64,000 nt of DNA from Devosia sp. (GCA_051959485.1 JBQCFF010000296.1:568-64567); one strand, 5' to 3'. Positions 1 through 11,111 are shown, counted from the stretch's first letter. Made by a program: numbers and translations. The notes: generated from the letters alone by a model not told the origin.

Positions 1-2
1 CC

Positions 3-755
3 ATGTCTTTCGAAGGCAAAGTCGCCATCGTCACCGGCGGTGGTTCAGGAATCGGAGAAGCAATCGTCAAGGAGCTCGCTCCGCTCGGCGTCCGCATCAT
101 TGTGGCCGACATCAGCGAGAAGGGCGCCCGGCGGGTCGCCGAGGAGTGCGTCGCCCTCGGCGGGCAGGCGGCGCCGTTCGTAGCCAACACCGCAGCGCCG
201 GAGGAGAACGAGGCAACGGTAGCGTTCGCGCTCGAGACCTACGGCAAGCTCAATTACGCCGTGAACAACGCCGGTATCGGCGGCAAGGCAGCGCCGGCGG
301 GCGAGGTCGATGTCGAGGACTGGCAACGGGTCATCGACATCAACCTGAACGGCGTCCTCTACGGCATGCGCCATCAGATACCGGCCATGCTGAAAGCCGG
401 GGCGGGTGAAAGCGCCATCGTCAACATGGCTTCCATCCACGGCACGGTCGCCGCCATCGGCAACGGCGCCTATACCGCGGCGAAGCACGGGGTGGTGGGC
501 CTGACCAAGAACGCTGCGGCGGAATACGGACCGCAAGGCTTGCGCATCAACTGCGTCGGCCCCGCCTACATCGACACCCCGCTGCTGGCCGGCCTTCCCG
601 CCGAGTTCCGCACCCAGCTCATCGCGCGACATCCCCTGGGTCGTCTCGGCAGGCCTGAAGAGGTCGCGAAGGTGGTGCGCTTCCTGCTGTCCGACGACGC
701 ATCCTTCGTCACCGGCGGCTACTATCTCGTCGATGGCGGCTATACCGCGGTCTAG
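3..755 (+). CDS. Short-chain dehydrogenase/reductase (glucose 1-dehydrogenase/FabG-like SDR)
   Basis: TGGGSGIG Rossmann motif, NNAG, catalytic YTAAK, C-terminal VTG..YLVDGG; 250 aa. Confidence 0.93.
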   Translation: MSFEGKVAIVTGGGSGIGEAIVKELAPLGVRIIVADISEKGARRVAEECVALGGQAAPFVANTAAPEENEATVAFALETYGKLNYAVNNAGIGGKAAPAGEVDVEDWQRVIDINLNGVLYGMRHQIPAMLKAGAGESAIVNMASIHGTVAAIGNGAYTAAKHGVVGLTKNAAAEYGPQGLRINCVGPAYIDTPLLAGLPAEFRTQLIARHPLGRLGRPEEVAKVVRFLLSDDASFVTGGYYLVDGGYTAV

Positions 756-908
756 TGAGGCCGAACACGGTGGCCGCCCAACCGGCCACCGTCTCCCGTC
801 GGCAGCCAGGCAGGTAGCCGGGCGTCCCCGATCATATCCGTGATGGCACTCCAACGCCAAAACGCTATTGTCGCCGATTGTCCACTGGAGCAACTCTGGG
901 AGGAACAA

Positions 909-2924
909 GTGGCCGGCACGAGCAACAGAACCGGGGGCACCGCACCCAGACCGGGAAGCGCCGGCGGCAAGCCGGCCATGCCGCCCCGCAGCAACTGGCT
1001 GGCGTTCTTCTTGCTGCTGGTCGTCAATTACTTCGTGGTCACCCTGCTCTTCCCCGCACCGGCCGGGCCCGAGCCGATTTCCTACACGGTGTTCAGGGCG
1101 GAGCTCGCGAAGGACAACGTCGAAGCCATCCACACCCAGGGCGAGTCGATCGAGGGCAAGTTCAAGACCGCGATAAGCTGGACCGGGCCAGTCGCGGAGG
1201 GGCAGCCGGCGCCGCAACCGCGTGAGGTCGAGAACTTCACCACGATCCTGCCGATCTTCGTGGACCCCGGCCTCGAAACCGAGCTGATCGATCGAGGCGT
1301 CGATATCCGGGCGACACCCATCCAGACGCAGGCCAATCCGCTGCTGTCGCTGCTCTCGGCATTTGGCCCGGCGCTGCTGATCATCGGCCTCTACGTCTGG
1401 CTGTTCCGGCGCGCCGCCAGGCAGGGCGGCGGCATGTTCGGCGGCATGGGCGGCGTCGGCGGGCTGGGCAAGAGCAAGGCGAAACGCTTCGACAAGGAGA
1501 CTGATACCAAGGTGACGTTCGATGACGTCGCGGGCATCGACGAGGCCAGAAACGAGCTCGTCGAGATCGTCGATTTCCTGAAGAACCCCGAGAAATACAC
1601 GCGCCTGGGCGGCACGGCCCCCAAGGGCGTGCTGCTGGTCGGCCCGCCCGGCACGGGCAAGACGCTGCTGGCGCGCGCGGTGGCCGGCGAGGCCGACGTG
1701 CCATTCTTCTCGATGAGCGGATCGGAGTTCGTCGAGATGATCGTCGGGGTGGGAGCGGCGCGCGTCCGCGACCTGTTCCAGGAGGCTCGCAAGCATGCGC
1801 CGGCGATCATCTTCATCGACGAACTCGATTCCATCGGCCGGGCCCGCGGCCAGGTGGTGGCTGGCGGGGCCAGCGAGCAGGAGCAGACGCTCAACCAGAT
1901 CCTGACGGAGATGGACGGTTTTTCCAGCCGCGAAGGGATCATCGTGCTGGCCGCGACCAACCAGCCCGACGTGCTCGACAAGGCGCTGCTGCGCGCCGGC
2001 CGGTTCGACCGCCGCGTGGTGGTCAACCTGCCGGACAAGGCCGGCCGCGAGGCGATCTTCAAGGTCCATACCAGGAAGGTGCCGCTGGCCGACGACGTCG
2101 ACCTCGGCGACATCGCGCAGACGACGCCGGGCGTCTCCGGCGCCGATATCCGCAACCTCGTCAACGAGGCGGCGCTGCTCGCAGCGCGTCGGCAGCAGAA
2201 CCAGGTGCACCACAAGGACTTCCTGGATGCCCTCGAAAAGATCATCCTCGGACCCGAGCGGCCGATCATCCTGAGCGAGGCTGACAAGGAGCGGGTCGCC
2301 TACCATGAAGGTGGCCACGCCATCCTGGGCCTCGTCGTGCCCGGGGCGGACCCCGTGCATCGCGTCACCATCGTGCCGCGCGGGCAGGCGCTCGGCGTCA
2401 CCTATCAGCGGCCGCTGACCGATCGATACAACTATCCCGAGGCCTATTTGCGCGCCAAGATCGTCGGCGCCCTTGGCGGCCGGGCCGCCGAGGAGATCGT
2501 CTACGGCACCAGGACCACGGGTGCCGAAAGCGACATCGAGCAGGCCACCCAGCTGGCGCGCCAGATGGTGACGCGCTGGGGCATGAGCGACAAGCTCGGG
2601 ATGGTTCAGCTGGCGCCGCGCCAGAACAGCTGGGTCGGGCAGGCCGGCGGCTTCATGGGCGACAAGCCCTACAGCGACGAAACCGCGAAGCTCATCGACG
2701 TGGAAGTCGCACGCATCATCCAGGAAAGCCACGATGACGCGAGGCGCCTGCTGCAGGAACATCGCGCCGAACTCGACGCTCTCGTCGCGGCCCTGATGAA
2801 GGAGGAGTCGCTCGACGAGCAGGAAATTCTCGATGCGACCGGGCTGCCGCCTGCACAACTCCTCTCGGATCGCCCGCAGCCAATGGCTCCGACCATGAAT
2901 CCCGCGCCCAGTGCGGCTCGCTAG
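909..2924 (+). CDS. ftsH: ATP-dependent zinc metalloprotease FtsH (probably an accessory paralog)
   Basis: Two N-terminal TM segments, Walker A GPPGTGKT, Walker [25 protein letters not shown] zinc motif; GTG at 909 follows GGAGGA (ORF track starts at 840). Confidence 0.93.
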   Translation: MAGTSNRTGGTAPRPGSAGGKPAMPPRSNWLAFFLLLVVNYFVVTLLFPAPAGPEPISYTVFRAELAKDNVEAIHTQGESIEGKFKTAISWTGPVAEGQPAPQPREVENFTTILPIFVDPGLETELIDRGVDIRATPIQTQANPLLSLLSAFGPALLIIGLYVWLFRRAARQGGGMFGGMGGVGGLGKSKAKRFDKETDTKVTFDDVAGIDEARNELVEIVDFLKNPEKYTRLGGTAPKGVLLVGPPGTGKTLLARAVAGEADVPFFSMSGSEFVEMIVGVGAARVRDLFQEARKHAPAIIFIDELDSIGRARGQVVAGGASEQEQTLNQILTEMDGFSSREGIIVLAATNQPDVLDKALLRAGRFDRRVVVNLPDKAGREAIFKVHTRKVPLADDVDLGDIAQTTPGVSGADIRNLVNEAALLAARRQQNQVHHKDFLDALEKIILGPERPIILSEADKERVAYHEGGHAILGLVVPGADPVHRVTIVPRGQALGVTYQRPLTDRYNYPEAYLRAKIVGALGGRAAEEIVYGTRTTGAESDIEQATQLARQMVTRWGMSDKLGMVQLAPRQNSWVGQAGGFMGDKPYSDETAKLIDVEVARIIQESHDDARRLLQEHRAELDALVAALMKEESLDEQEILDATGLPPAQLLSDRPQPMAPTMNPAPSAAR

Positions 2925-2987
2925 ACGCGCACTTCCAAGGCGAAGTGGGGACGAACGTCTGGGCGGTTGAGGGCCGGCTGGCGCCGA

Positions 2988-3929
2988 TCAGAGCAGGGCG
3001 TCGGGCCCTGCTCCGCAGATGATCGCGCACACGACAGCGCCCCTGGCTGGCTTCACCCGGCCCATCTGCAGGGCGGCGATCGCCGCCGCGCCGCTGAGAT
3101 CGGCCGCGACACCCAGTTCGAACCACAGCCATTTGGCAGCAGCCCGCATCTCTTCATCGTCGACCAGTACGATCTCGTCGACGCGCGCCTGCACCATGTC
3201 GAAGATCGCATCGTCGGTCTTCGCGCAGGCCATCGTCGCCACGCTCGTCGTCACCTTGTCGAGCGCCACGTTGCGCCCCGCCGCCAGCGAGCGCAGCAGC
3301 ACCGGCGAACCGGCGGCCTCGATGCCGATGACGCGTACCGATGGCTTCAGTGCCTTGAGCGCGGTTGCCACGCCGCTCACCAGACCGCCGCCGCCCATGG
3401 CCACGAGGATGGTGTCGAGCCCGTCAATCTGCTCGAGGCATTCGACGCCAACCGTCCCCTGCCCCGCAACCACGAGCGGATCGGCGAACGGATGGAAATA
3501 GGCCGCGCCCGTGTCTCGCTGGAAGGCGAGAGCGGCTTCGTTCGACTCGTGCCAGGCGTCGCCGGTGATGCGGACGTCGGCGCCCCAGGCCTTGAGCTTC
3601 TCGATCTTGGCCGGTGCGGCATTGGTGGGAAGGAATACGGTGGCCTTGACGCCGGCCATGTACCCGGCCCGCGCCGTGGCGAGCCCGTGGTTGCCGCCGG
3701 AGGCCGTGACGACGCCACGGGACAGCGCTGACCGGTCGAGCGAGAGCAGCTTGTTGGTGGCACCGCGGGCCTTGAACGAGCCGGTTGCCTGCAGCAGTTC
3801 GAGCTTCAGCCACAGCTCGAAATCCTCGCCGAAGCCTGCCCGCAGCGCCGTTGCCTGCATCACCGGCGTGAGGCGCACGTGGCCGGCAATGCGCCGCCGC
3901 GCGGCTTCGATGTCGGGAAGTTCGATCAC
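2988..3929 (-). CDS. PLP-dependent threonine/serine dehydratase family protein (EutB/TdcB-like)
   Basis: LKLELLQATGSFKARGA (PLP lysine), ASGGNHG, MGGGGL; GTG start overlaps the upstream TGA (GTGA at 3926-3929). Confidence 0.88.
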   Translation of the reverse strand: MIELPDIEAARRRIAGHVRLTPVMQATALRAGFGEDFELWLKLELLQATGSFKARGATNKLLSLDRSALSRGVVTASGGNHGLATARAGYMAGVKATVFLPTNAAPAKIEKLKAWGADVRITGDAWHESNEAALAFQRDTGAAYFHPFADPLVVAGQGTVGVECLEQIDGLDTILVAMGGGGLVSGVATALKALKPSVRVIGIEAAGSPVLLRSLAAGRNVALDKVTTSVATMACAKTDDAIFDMVQARVDEIVLVDDEEMRAAAKWLWFELGVAADLSGAAAIAALQMGRVKPARGAVVCAIICGAGPDALL

Positions 3930-4933
3930 GCAATGTCTCCGTCGTAGGGTGCGGCGACGGTGACGCAGCAATTGCCGATCACCACCCGACCGGGCTGGCG
4001 CCGGCCGTAGACGATGCCGCTCGCGCCGTAGCGGACGATCTCGGGCGCGCGGCCGGGATCGATGAGATGGTGGATGCGCCCTGCCTCCTGGCCCGCTTCA
4101 ACGCGGACACCGAGCGCGTGGAAGGGCTCGAACACGCCTGCCGCGGTGGCAAGGACATAGCCGTCGTGGCCGGGGATGCGAAGGATGGCGTCGGGCTCGG
4201 CCGGAGCCGTCGCGATGGAGGCGTCGAGCACGCCGAAATGCGCCAGCACGTTGCGCACGCCGCGGCGGCAGATCTCGAGTGCGTCGATGGACACCGTGCC
4301 CGCCCCGGCCATTTCGGTGCCGATGGTGACCAGGCCGGCGCGCACCGAGGTGGCGGTCGAGGTGCGCGGCTCCCCGAGATTGTCGATGACCACCGTGAGC
4401 GGCGCGCCGAACGCCAGCACCGCCTCTATGTTGCGGCGGCGCAGGATCGGATCGGCCGACGGTTCGATGATCGCGCTGGGCAGGATGTTGAGCGACGAGC
4501 CGCCCGAATGCAGGTCGACGAAGGCGTCGCCGAGCGGCAGGATCGTCTCGCTCACGTAGGCGGAAATCTGCTGCGTGATGGTGCCGGTCGGATCGCCGGG
4601 AAAGGTGCGATTGAGATTGAGGCCGTCGACCGGCGAGGTGCGGCGCCCGGCGGCAACGGCGGGCGTGTTCACGGCCGGCAGGAAGATGATGCGGCCGTTG
4701 ACGGCACCGGGGTCGAGTTCGCGGATCAGTTCGCCCAGCGTGATCGGGCCCTCGTATTCGTCGCCGTGATTGCCGGCCTCGAGAATGACGGTGGGGCCGC
4801 TACCGTTCCTGATCACGGCGAGCGGAATGCGGGTTGCACCCCAGGCATCCTCATGCGGCGAGTGCGGAATATCGACGAAGCCGATCTGCTTGCCGTTCCG
4901 GTCGAAATCGATGGTGGTGCGCGCGGTGGTCAT
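3926..4933 (-). CDS. Succinylglutamate desuccinylase/aspartoacylase family deacylase (DoeB/EutE-like)
   Basis: GNHGDEYEG, NLNRTFPG, DLHSGG; N-terminus TIDFDRNGKQIGF..PHS..DAWG resembles DoeB. Confidence 0.88.
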   Translation of the reverse strand: MTTARTTIDFDRNGKQIGFVDIPHSPHEDAWGATRIPLAVIRNGSGPTVILEAGNHGDEYEGPITLGELIRELDPGAVNGRIIFLPAVNTPAVAAGRRTSPVDGLNLNRTFPGDPTGTITQQISAYVSETILPLGDAFVDLHSGGSSLNILPSAIIEPSADPILRRRNIEAVLAFGAPLTVVIDNLGEPRTSTATSVRAGLVTIGTEMAGAGTVSIDALEICRRGVRNVLAHFGVLDASIATAPAEPDAILRIPGHDGYVLATAAGVFEPFHALGVRVEAGQEAGRIHHLIDPGRAPEIVRYGASGIVYGRRQPGRVVIGNCCVTVAAPYDGDIA

Positions 4934-5004
4934 CGGACATCTTGGCTGGGATGGATGAAGGCGGGGGGCGCGGCAGGACGCATATCCTGCCACGCCATGT
5001 GCGA

Positions 5005-5793
5005 TCAGATCGCGGGCAGGGTCGGCAGCTTGGTGCCGATCCACTTCTCGGACAGGGCCGAGAGCGTGCCGTCGAGCTGGCTCACATGGATGTAGGTGTC
5101 GAGCCAGCGCAGCAGTTCGGGCGAACCCTGCTGGATGCCGATGTAGCAGGGCGAGAACTGCATCAGGAATTTCGGCTTCAGCTCGATGCCCGGGTTCTTG
5201 CCCATCAGATCCTTGGCGACGATGTCGGCGGTGGCGAGCAACTGGGCCTGGCCGGAGATGAAGGCGGCCGCCGCCGTCGCATCGTCGTCGTAGCGCTGGA
5301 TACTGGCGTTCGGTGCAAGCTCCGTCAGCAGCAGGTCCTGCGTCGTGCCACGGGCTACCGCGATGGTTTCGCTGCTGATCTGGTCGGCGCTGGTGATGGC
5401 GATGCTGTCGGGACCGAACACCCCCACCGAGAGCGCCGCATAGGGCGAGGTGAAGGCGATGGTCTTCGCGCGCTCGGGCGTAGCGCCCATGGCGGCGATG
5501 ACGATGTCGAGCTTGTCGGTGGCGAGGAAGGGCACGCGGTTGGCGCCGGTGATCTGCTGCAGTTCGAGCTCGACCCCGAGTGCGGCGGCGATATTCCTGG
5601 CCATGTCGACATCGAGTCCGACTGGCTGGTTGTTGGCGTCGTTGGAGCCGAACGGCGCCACATCCACCGGAACACCGATCCTGACCTTGCCGGCGGCAAG
5701 GATTTCCTGCAGGTCCGCCGAGAAAGCGGGCCCCGCGGTCACTGCGCCGGCCAGGAGCACGGCTGAGACGATCCTGGAAAGATGCTTCAACAT
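5005..5793 (-). CDS. Polar amino-acid ABC transporter substrate-binding protein
   Basis: Signal peptide; G.DVDMA, NRVPFL, TPERAK.IAFT.PY, RGTT family-3 SBP motifs. Confidence 0.92.
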   Translation of the reverse strand: MLKHLSRIVSAVLLAGAVTAGPAFSADLQEILAAGKVRIGVPVDVAPFGSNDANNQPVGLDVDMARNIAAALGVELELQQITGANRVPFLATDKLDIVIAAMGATPERAKTIAFTSPYAALSVGVFGPDSIAITSADQISSETIAVARGTTQDLLLTELAPNASIQRYDDDATAAAAFISGQAQLLATADIVAKDLMGKNPGIELKPKFLMQFSPCYIGIQQGSPELLRWLDTYIHVSQLDGTLSALSEKWIGTKLPTLPAI

Positions 5794-5824
5794 TGTAGTC
5801 CCCTCTGGTTGTCGTTGGTCTGGG

Positions 5825-6542
<718 letters not shown>

Positions 6543-6556
<14 letters not shown>

Positions 6557-7193
6557 GGGTCTTCTTTTCGAGCTGCTGGCTCAGCCGCGACAGGCTGAAG
6601 CAGATGGCAAAGTAGGCGATGGCGGCGAGGCCATAGACCTGCAGCGGCTTGAAGGTAGCGGCGCTGAGGATCTGGCTGGCCCGGGTGAGCTCGACGAAGC
6701 CGATCAGGGCGGTGAGCGACGTGTCCTTCACCAGCTGCATGAGGTAGCCGACGGTGGGAGCAATGGAGATGCGGACCGCCTGCGGCAGGATCACGCTGGT
6801 GAGACGCTGCCAGTAGGTGAGGCCGAGCGAAGCGCCCGCTTCCCACTGTCGGGCGGAGACCGACTGCAGGCTGCCGCGCCAGATCTCGCCGAGAAAGGCC
6901 GAGGCATTGATCGAGAGCGCCAGCGCCGCCGCCTCCCAAGCGCCAACCTGGATGCCGAAGAGCGGCAGGCCGAAGAACAGAATGAAGAGCTGGCCGAGCA
7001 GCGGCGTGCCCTGGATCAGGTTGATGTAGCCGACGGCGAACCAGTTGGCCGGCCTGAAGGCGACGATGCGCAGGACGGCGACGACGAGCCCGAGGGCCCC
7101 GCCCAGCAGCACCGCGACGAGTGCCAGTGCGAAGGTCCAACGCGCCGCCTCCAGCAGATAGAGAATGTCGTTGGGACCGAGGTCGCGGATCAT
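6543..7193 (-). CDS. Amino-acid ABC transporter permease
   Basis: QGTPLL, EIWRG..QWEAGASLGL, KDTSL (HisM family). Confidence 0.93.
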
Positions 7194-7861
7194 GTGCGCG
7201 GCCTCCGGACGAACACCATCCAGTAGATGAGCGCGAACAGGGCGCGGAAGCCGAGCGTCAGCACGAGGTAGGTGACCGTGACAAGCGCGTAGGCTTCGAA
7301 GGAGCGGTAGGTGCGCGAGTCGATGAAACTGGCCTGGTGGAACAGTTCGCCGACGCCCAGCGACGACACGACGCTGGTGGCGAGCAGCAGCAACACGAAC
7401 TGGCTGGCGAGCGCGGGATAGATCGCCTTGATGGCGGGGAACAGCACGACGCTGCGGAAGGTCTGTCCGGCGGTCATGCCCAGCGACCGGCCGGCCTCGA
7501 TCTGGCTGGGGCGGATCGACTGGATGCCGGCCCGGAGGATTTCGCCGGCATAGGCTCCCACATTGATGGAAAGGCCGATCAACGCAGCCGTGTGGGCGTC
7601 GAAGCGGATGCCGATGCTGGGGAGGCCAAAGAAGACGATGAAGAGCTGGACCAGCAGCGGAGTGTTCCGGATCGCCTCGACATAGACCGTGGCGACGCCA
7701 CGCAGCAGTCCATTGTCGCTCATCCGCGCCAGCGCCACGAACAGGCCGATCACCAGCGCTATGGCCATGGTGAGGCAGGTCAGCTGCAGAGTGAGGCCGA
7801 TACCCTTGAGGATCTCGCCGGCATAGGGCGCCAGCGCGTTAAATCTGAAATTGTAGTTCAT
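7190..7861 (-). CDS. Amino-acid ABC transporter permease
   Basis: RNTPLLVQLF, EILRAGI..QIEAGRSLG; start MNYNFRF at 7861. Confidence 0.92.
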   Translation of the reverse strand: MNYNFRFNALAPYAGEILKGIGLTLQLTCLTMAIALVIGLFVALARMSDNGLLRGVATVYVEAIRNTPLLVQLFIVFFGLPSIGIRFDAHTAALIGLSINVGAYAGEILRAGIQSIRPSQIEAGRSLGMTAGQTFRSVVLFPAIKAIYPALASQFVLLLLATSVVSSLGVGELFHQASFIDSRTYRSFEAYALVTVTYLVLTLGFRALFALIYWMVFVRRPRT

Positions 7862-7979
7862 CCGTGCAGAGCCCCTCTTCTGCAAACGGTGGGAATGAGC
7901 TAGCTCAGCAGCTGATCCCCGTGTGACCTCACGCTACTGTCGCTTCATATTTGTCGTCAAGCGTCATTGGTGAAACTAG

Positions 7980-8738
7980 ATGACTGAAGACAAGCTCAGC
8001 TATTCCGCCCCGGCCCTCGAAAAGGGCCTCGACATCTTGGAGCTGCTCGCCAGCGCGGGTCGCCCCCTTGGCACGCGGCAGATCGCCGAAGAACTCGGGC
8101 GTTCCAAGAACGAGATCTTCCGCATGGTGCATGTGCTGGTGGGGCGCGGCTACCTGCAGCGCGAGGAAGGGGGCGACGGGCTGCTGCTGTCCAACAAGCT
8201 GTTCGGTCTCGGCATGCAGACCGCGCGCGCCCGCGACCTCGTGAGCGTTGCGGCGCCGATCGTCGAGCGCTTCGCCGACGAAGTGCATCAGGCGGCGCAC
8301 CTGGTCGTCGCGCATCGAGGCGAGACGGTGATCATCGCGGCGGCCTCCGGCGGTGCCGACATGAACTTCTCGCTCAAGCTCGGCTATCGACGGCCGCTGG
8401 CCGATGCCCATTCGGGCCTGGTGCTGATGGCCTTCCAGCCACCGGCGGTGCGGAAGCGGATGATCGACGAATGCCTGACGCTGATGCGCCTGCCGCCTGA
8501 CCCGACGCGCCTCGCCGCGGAACTCGACGATGTGCGCAATCGGGGGGCGATCATCCATGAAAGCCGCGACATCGTCGGGGTGACCGACGTGGTCTGTCCG
8601 ATCGTGACCGGCGACCGGGCGGTGGCGTGCGTGACGGTAGCGGCGGTGAGCCGGCGCTCGAGCCCGCCGGACTTCGAAGGCATGCTGGCGCGGCTCAAGG
8701 CAGCCTGCGCCGAGATTGCCCACGAGCTTGGGGCCTAG
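7980..8738 (+). CDS. IclR family transcriptional regulator
   Basis: YSAPALEKGLDILELL N-terminal HTH, IclR effector domain; divergent from the ABC operon. Confidence 0.92.
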   Translation: MTEDKLSYSAPALEKGLDILELLASAGRPLGTRQIAEELGRSKNEIFRMVHVLVGRGYLQREEGGDGLLLSNKLFGLGMQTARARDLVSVAAPIVERFADEVHQAAHLVVAHRGETVIIAAASGGADMNFSLKLGYRRPLADAHSGLVLMAFQPPAVRKRMIDECLTLMRLPPDPTRLAAELDDVRNRGAIIHESRDIVGVTDVVCPIVTGDRAVACVTVAAVSRRSSPPDFEGMLARLKAACAEIAHELGA

Positions 8739-9895
8739 ACGGCTTCGATCAGTTCGCGCGGAAAGCCTGACAGGAGTTCGGCGCCTGTGTCGGTGACGAT
8801 GACATTGTCGATCAGGCGAGCCCCGAGACCTTCGGGCCCGATGAACACCGGCGGCTCGATGGTGATGACCATGCCGGCGCGCAGCGTGTAGGGCGTACCG
8901 TCGATCAAGTGCAGCGGCTCGGCCCAGCTCGGCGGAAAGCTCGGGCCGAGACCGTAGCCGGAAAGGTGCACGCGATAGGGCTCGAGCCCCGCCGCGACGA
9001 TGCTGTTCCGCGCCGCCTCATGCACCTCGATGGCCGGGACACTGTCGCGGATGCGCGCCAGCATGGCGTCGCTGGCGGTGCGCACGACCTGGTGGAGTTC
9101 TCGCATGCGCGGTGTGGCCGGGCCCATTGCGAACTGCCTTCCGATGGTCGAGGTGTAGCGCCTGAACGTCGCCCCGAATTCGATATTGCCGTAGTCGCCG
9201 GCTGCGATACGGCGGTCGGTGGGGGCGCCGTGCGCATATGCGGTGCGCGGGCCGGTCACGAGGTTCATCGGGCTTGCCGCAATGCCGCTGCCGGCCTTGA
9301 GCAGCGCGCCGTAGACCGTGCCCGCGAGTTCGAGCTCGCTGCGGCCGACAGCAAGGTCGGCGAAGAAGTGCTGCATGCCGATATCGGCAAGGCGAGCCGC
9401 TTCGCGGATGCAGGTCAGCTCCGCTGGCGACTTCACCAGGCGCAGGTCGGCGACCAGGTTGGTGGCATCGGCCAGATGTTCGGGGCCGATGACCTCGCGC
9501 AGCCGCTCGTAGTGGTAGGGGTGGAGATAGTAGCCCGGGACTTCGAGCCCGATCGAGCTGCCGAGCACGCCGTGGCGGCGCGCCAGCGCCGCAAAGGCGG
9601 CGATCGGGTCTCCGGCAACGCCGCCGCCCCACCCTACGACATCATCGACACGGGCGTCGGTCCTGAGTTCATGCACTTCGCCCGCGCGCACCAGCACCGC
9701 GAGCGGCGCTCCCTCCGCAGCCGGCACGAGCAGGCACTGGAACTCCTGATACGATTTCGCCTCGCTCCCCGTCAGCCAGTGAATCGAGGCGGGATGGATG
9801 ACGACGAGCGCGTCGATATCGCGTGCCGCCATCGCCGCGCGCACGCGCGCAAGCCGTCCGTCGAACTCCGCCGCGGAGAAGTCGGCGCGGCTCAA
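8735..9895 (-). CDS. M24/creatinase-fold hydrolase, ectoine hydrolase DoeA/EutD-like
   Basis: FSAAEF..RL..VR..M, RLVKSPAEL, GYGLGPSFPPSWAE (DoeA-like), G.RLIDNV.VT; TTG start directly abuts the upstream TGA. Confidence 0.82.
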   Translation of the reverse strand: MSRADFSAAEFDGRLARVRAAMAARDIDALVVIHPASIHWLTGSEAKSYQEFQCLLVPAAEGAPLAVLVRAGEVHELRTDARVDDVVGWGGGVAGDPIAAFAALARRHGVLGSSIGLEVPGYYLHPYHYERLREVIGPEHLADATNLVADLRLVKSPAELTCIREAARLADIGMQHFFADLAVGRSELELAGTVYGALLKAGSGIAASPMNLVTGPRTAYAHGAPTDRRIAAGDYGNIEFGATFRRYTSTIGRQFAMGPATPRMRELHQVVRTASDAMLARIRDSVPAIEVHEAARNSIVAAGLEPYRVHLSGYGLGPSFPPSWAEPLHLIDGTPYTLRAGMVITIEPPVFIGPEGLGARLIDNVIVTDTGAELLSGFPRELIEAV

Positions 9896-11071
9896 TCAGC
9901 GCACCCCGAAAGCTTCGATCTCGATCAACAGGTTCTCGAAGGCAAAGCCGGCGACGCGGATGGCGGTGACCACCGGACCGGGATCGGGATAGAATTCGCG
10001 CTGCACGCGAGCGATCGTCTTCCGCGTGGCCTCGATCTCGCCCCAGTCGCCTTCGGCGTGAAAGTATATGTAGAGCTTCTGCACGTCGGCTTCCGTGTAG
10101 TCGCCCTCGGCAAGGACGTTGCGGATGAACCGGAAGACGTTGCGCGCCTGCGTCTCCATATCGTCGCCGACGGCCTGCGCCTTGTTGTCCGCGGAGATCT
10201 GGCCGCCGATGAAGATCAGCGGTCCCTTTGCCCAACCTTGCGTGAACTGCGTGTTGGAGATGCTCCAGTCCCAATGATCCTCGGGCTGGAGCCGCAGGCG
10301 GTCGTCGCCCAGTACACCGATCCCCTCGACCTGGATCAGCTCATCGACGTTCTGCATCCCCTGGATGCGCAACCCCGCTCCCGCCGCCGACGGCACCGAC
10401 ATGTAGCGGCGGCGGACATTGGTCATCTTCTCCCAGTAGGTGGTGACCTCGCGCCCTTCGCCGAAGAAGCGAAAGTAGGTGTTCTGGCGCATCAGGCTGT
10501 TCCGGTCGCCGCCGCCCGCGCGCAACATGGTATCGAGGTTGCGGAACGCTTCATCGGTCTGGATTTCGATGTCGCCCCGTCCCAGCACCCTGCCGGCGGC
10601 ATCGAGCGAACGCTGCCCGCCGATGAACAGCATGTCGTCCACCTTCCAGCCATGCACGAAGGGCTGCGCCCTGCCCCATCCCCAGTGCCCCGGCGGATCG
10701 ATGATCTCGCGCTTGCCGCCGATCACGACCCAGGCGTCGAGCATCAGCAGCGCGCCTTCGGTATCGAGCCCGCAGCGCAGTTCCGTCCGCGTCGGGCCGG
10801 GCGAGGCGAAGTAGCCGACGCGTACCGCATCCACGTCGTCCATGAACGCGTCGATCGCCGCCTGCTCCGGCGGACAGCTGAAATAGATCGAGTGCTTGAC
10901 CACGTCGGCCATGGTCGCTCCCACGCTGCCCAGCGTGTCGCGCAGGGTGTCGAACACCAGCCTGGTCTGCAGGCGGACGTCGGGGGCGGCGATGGCCCGG
11001 TTCGCCTCGCGGGCAACGATGCCACCCACGAAAACGAAGTTCTTGCGACGGATGACGACGGGTGCGGTCAT
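9896..11071 (-). CDS. RidA/YjgF/YER057c/UK114 family protein with three tandem Rid domains
   Basis: Three ~125-aa repeats, each with F(V/I)GG, QT/QA..F..(L/I), a Y(F) strand and a terminal L(I)..(D/E)(A/G) strand; RBS AGGAGGAGG. Confidence 0.85.
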   Translation of the reverse strand: MTAPVVIRRKNFVFVGGIVAREANRAIAAPDVRLQTRLVFDTLRDTLGSVGATMADVVKHSIYFSCPPEQAAIDAFMDDVDAVRVGYFASPGPTRTELRCGLDTEGALLMLDAWVVIGGKREIIDPPGHWGWGRAQPFVHGWKVDDMLFIGGQRSLDAAGRVLGRGDIEIQTDEAFRNLDTMLRAGGGDRNSLMRQNTYFRFFGEGREVTTYWEKMTNVRRRYMSVPSAAGAGLRIQGMQNVDELIQVEGIGVLGDDRLRLQPEDHWDWSISNTQFTQGWAKGPLIFIGGQISADNKAQAVGDDMETQARNVFRFIRNVLAEGDYTEADVQKLYIYFHAEGDWGEIEATRKTIARVQREFYPDPGPVVTAIRVAGFAFENLLIEIEAFGVR

Positions 11072-11091
11072 GGCGGCCTCCTCCTGTCACT

Positions 11092-11111
11092 GACTTACCT
11101 GTAAGTAAGTC
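11092..11111. promoter_or_regulatory. Candidate TetR operator between the divergent rid and tetR genes
   Basis: GACTTAC-CTGTAA-GTAAGTC inverted repeat, with a nested ACTTAC-CT-GTAAGT. Confidence 0.65.

Noticed and set aside
45-2858. 937-aa minus-strand ORF
   Set aside because: Antisense shadow of the SDR and ftsH genes; no motifs; long shadow ORFs are expected at this GC content.
7896-7907. Perfect palindrome TGAGCTAGCTCA in the ABC/iclR divergent region
   Set aside because: Single occurrence with no second copy near the cluster; could be an operator but cannot be supported.
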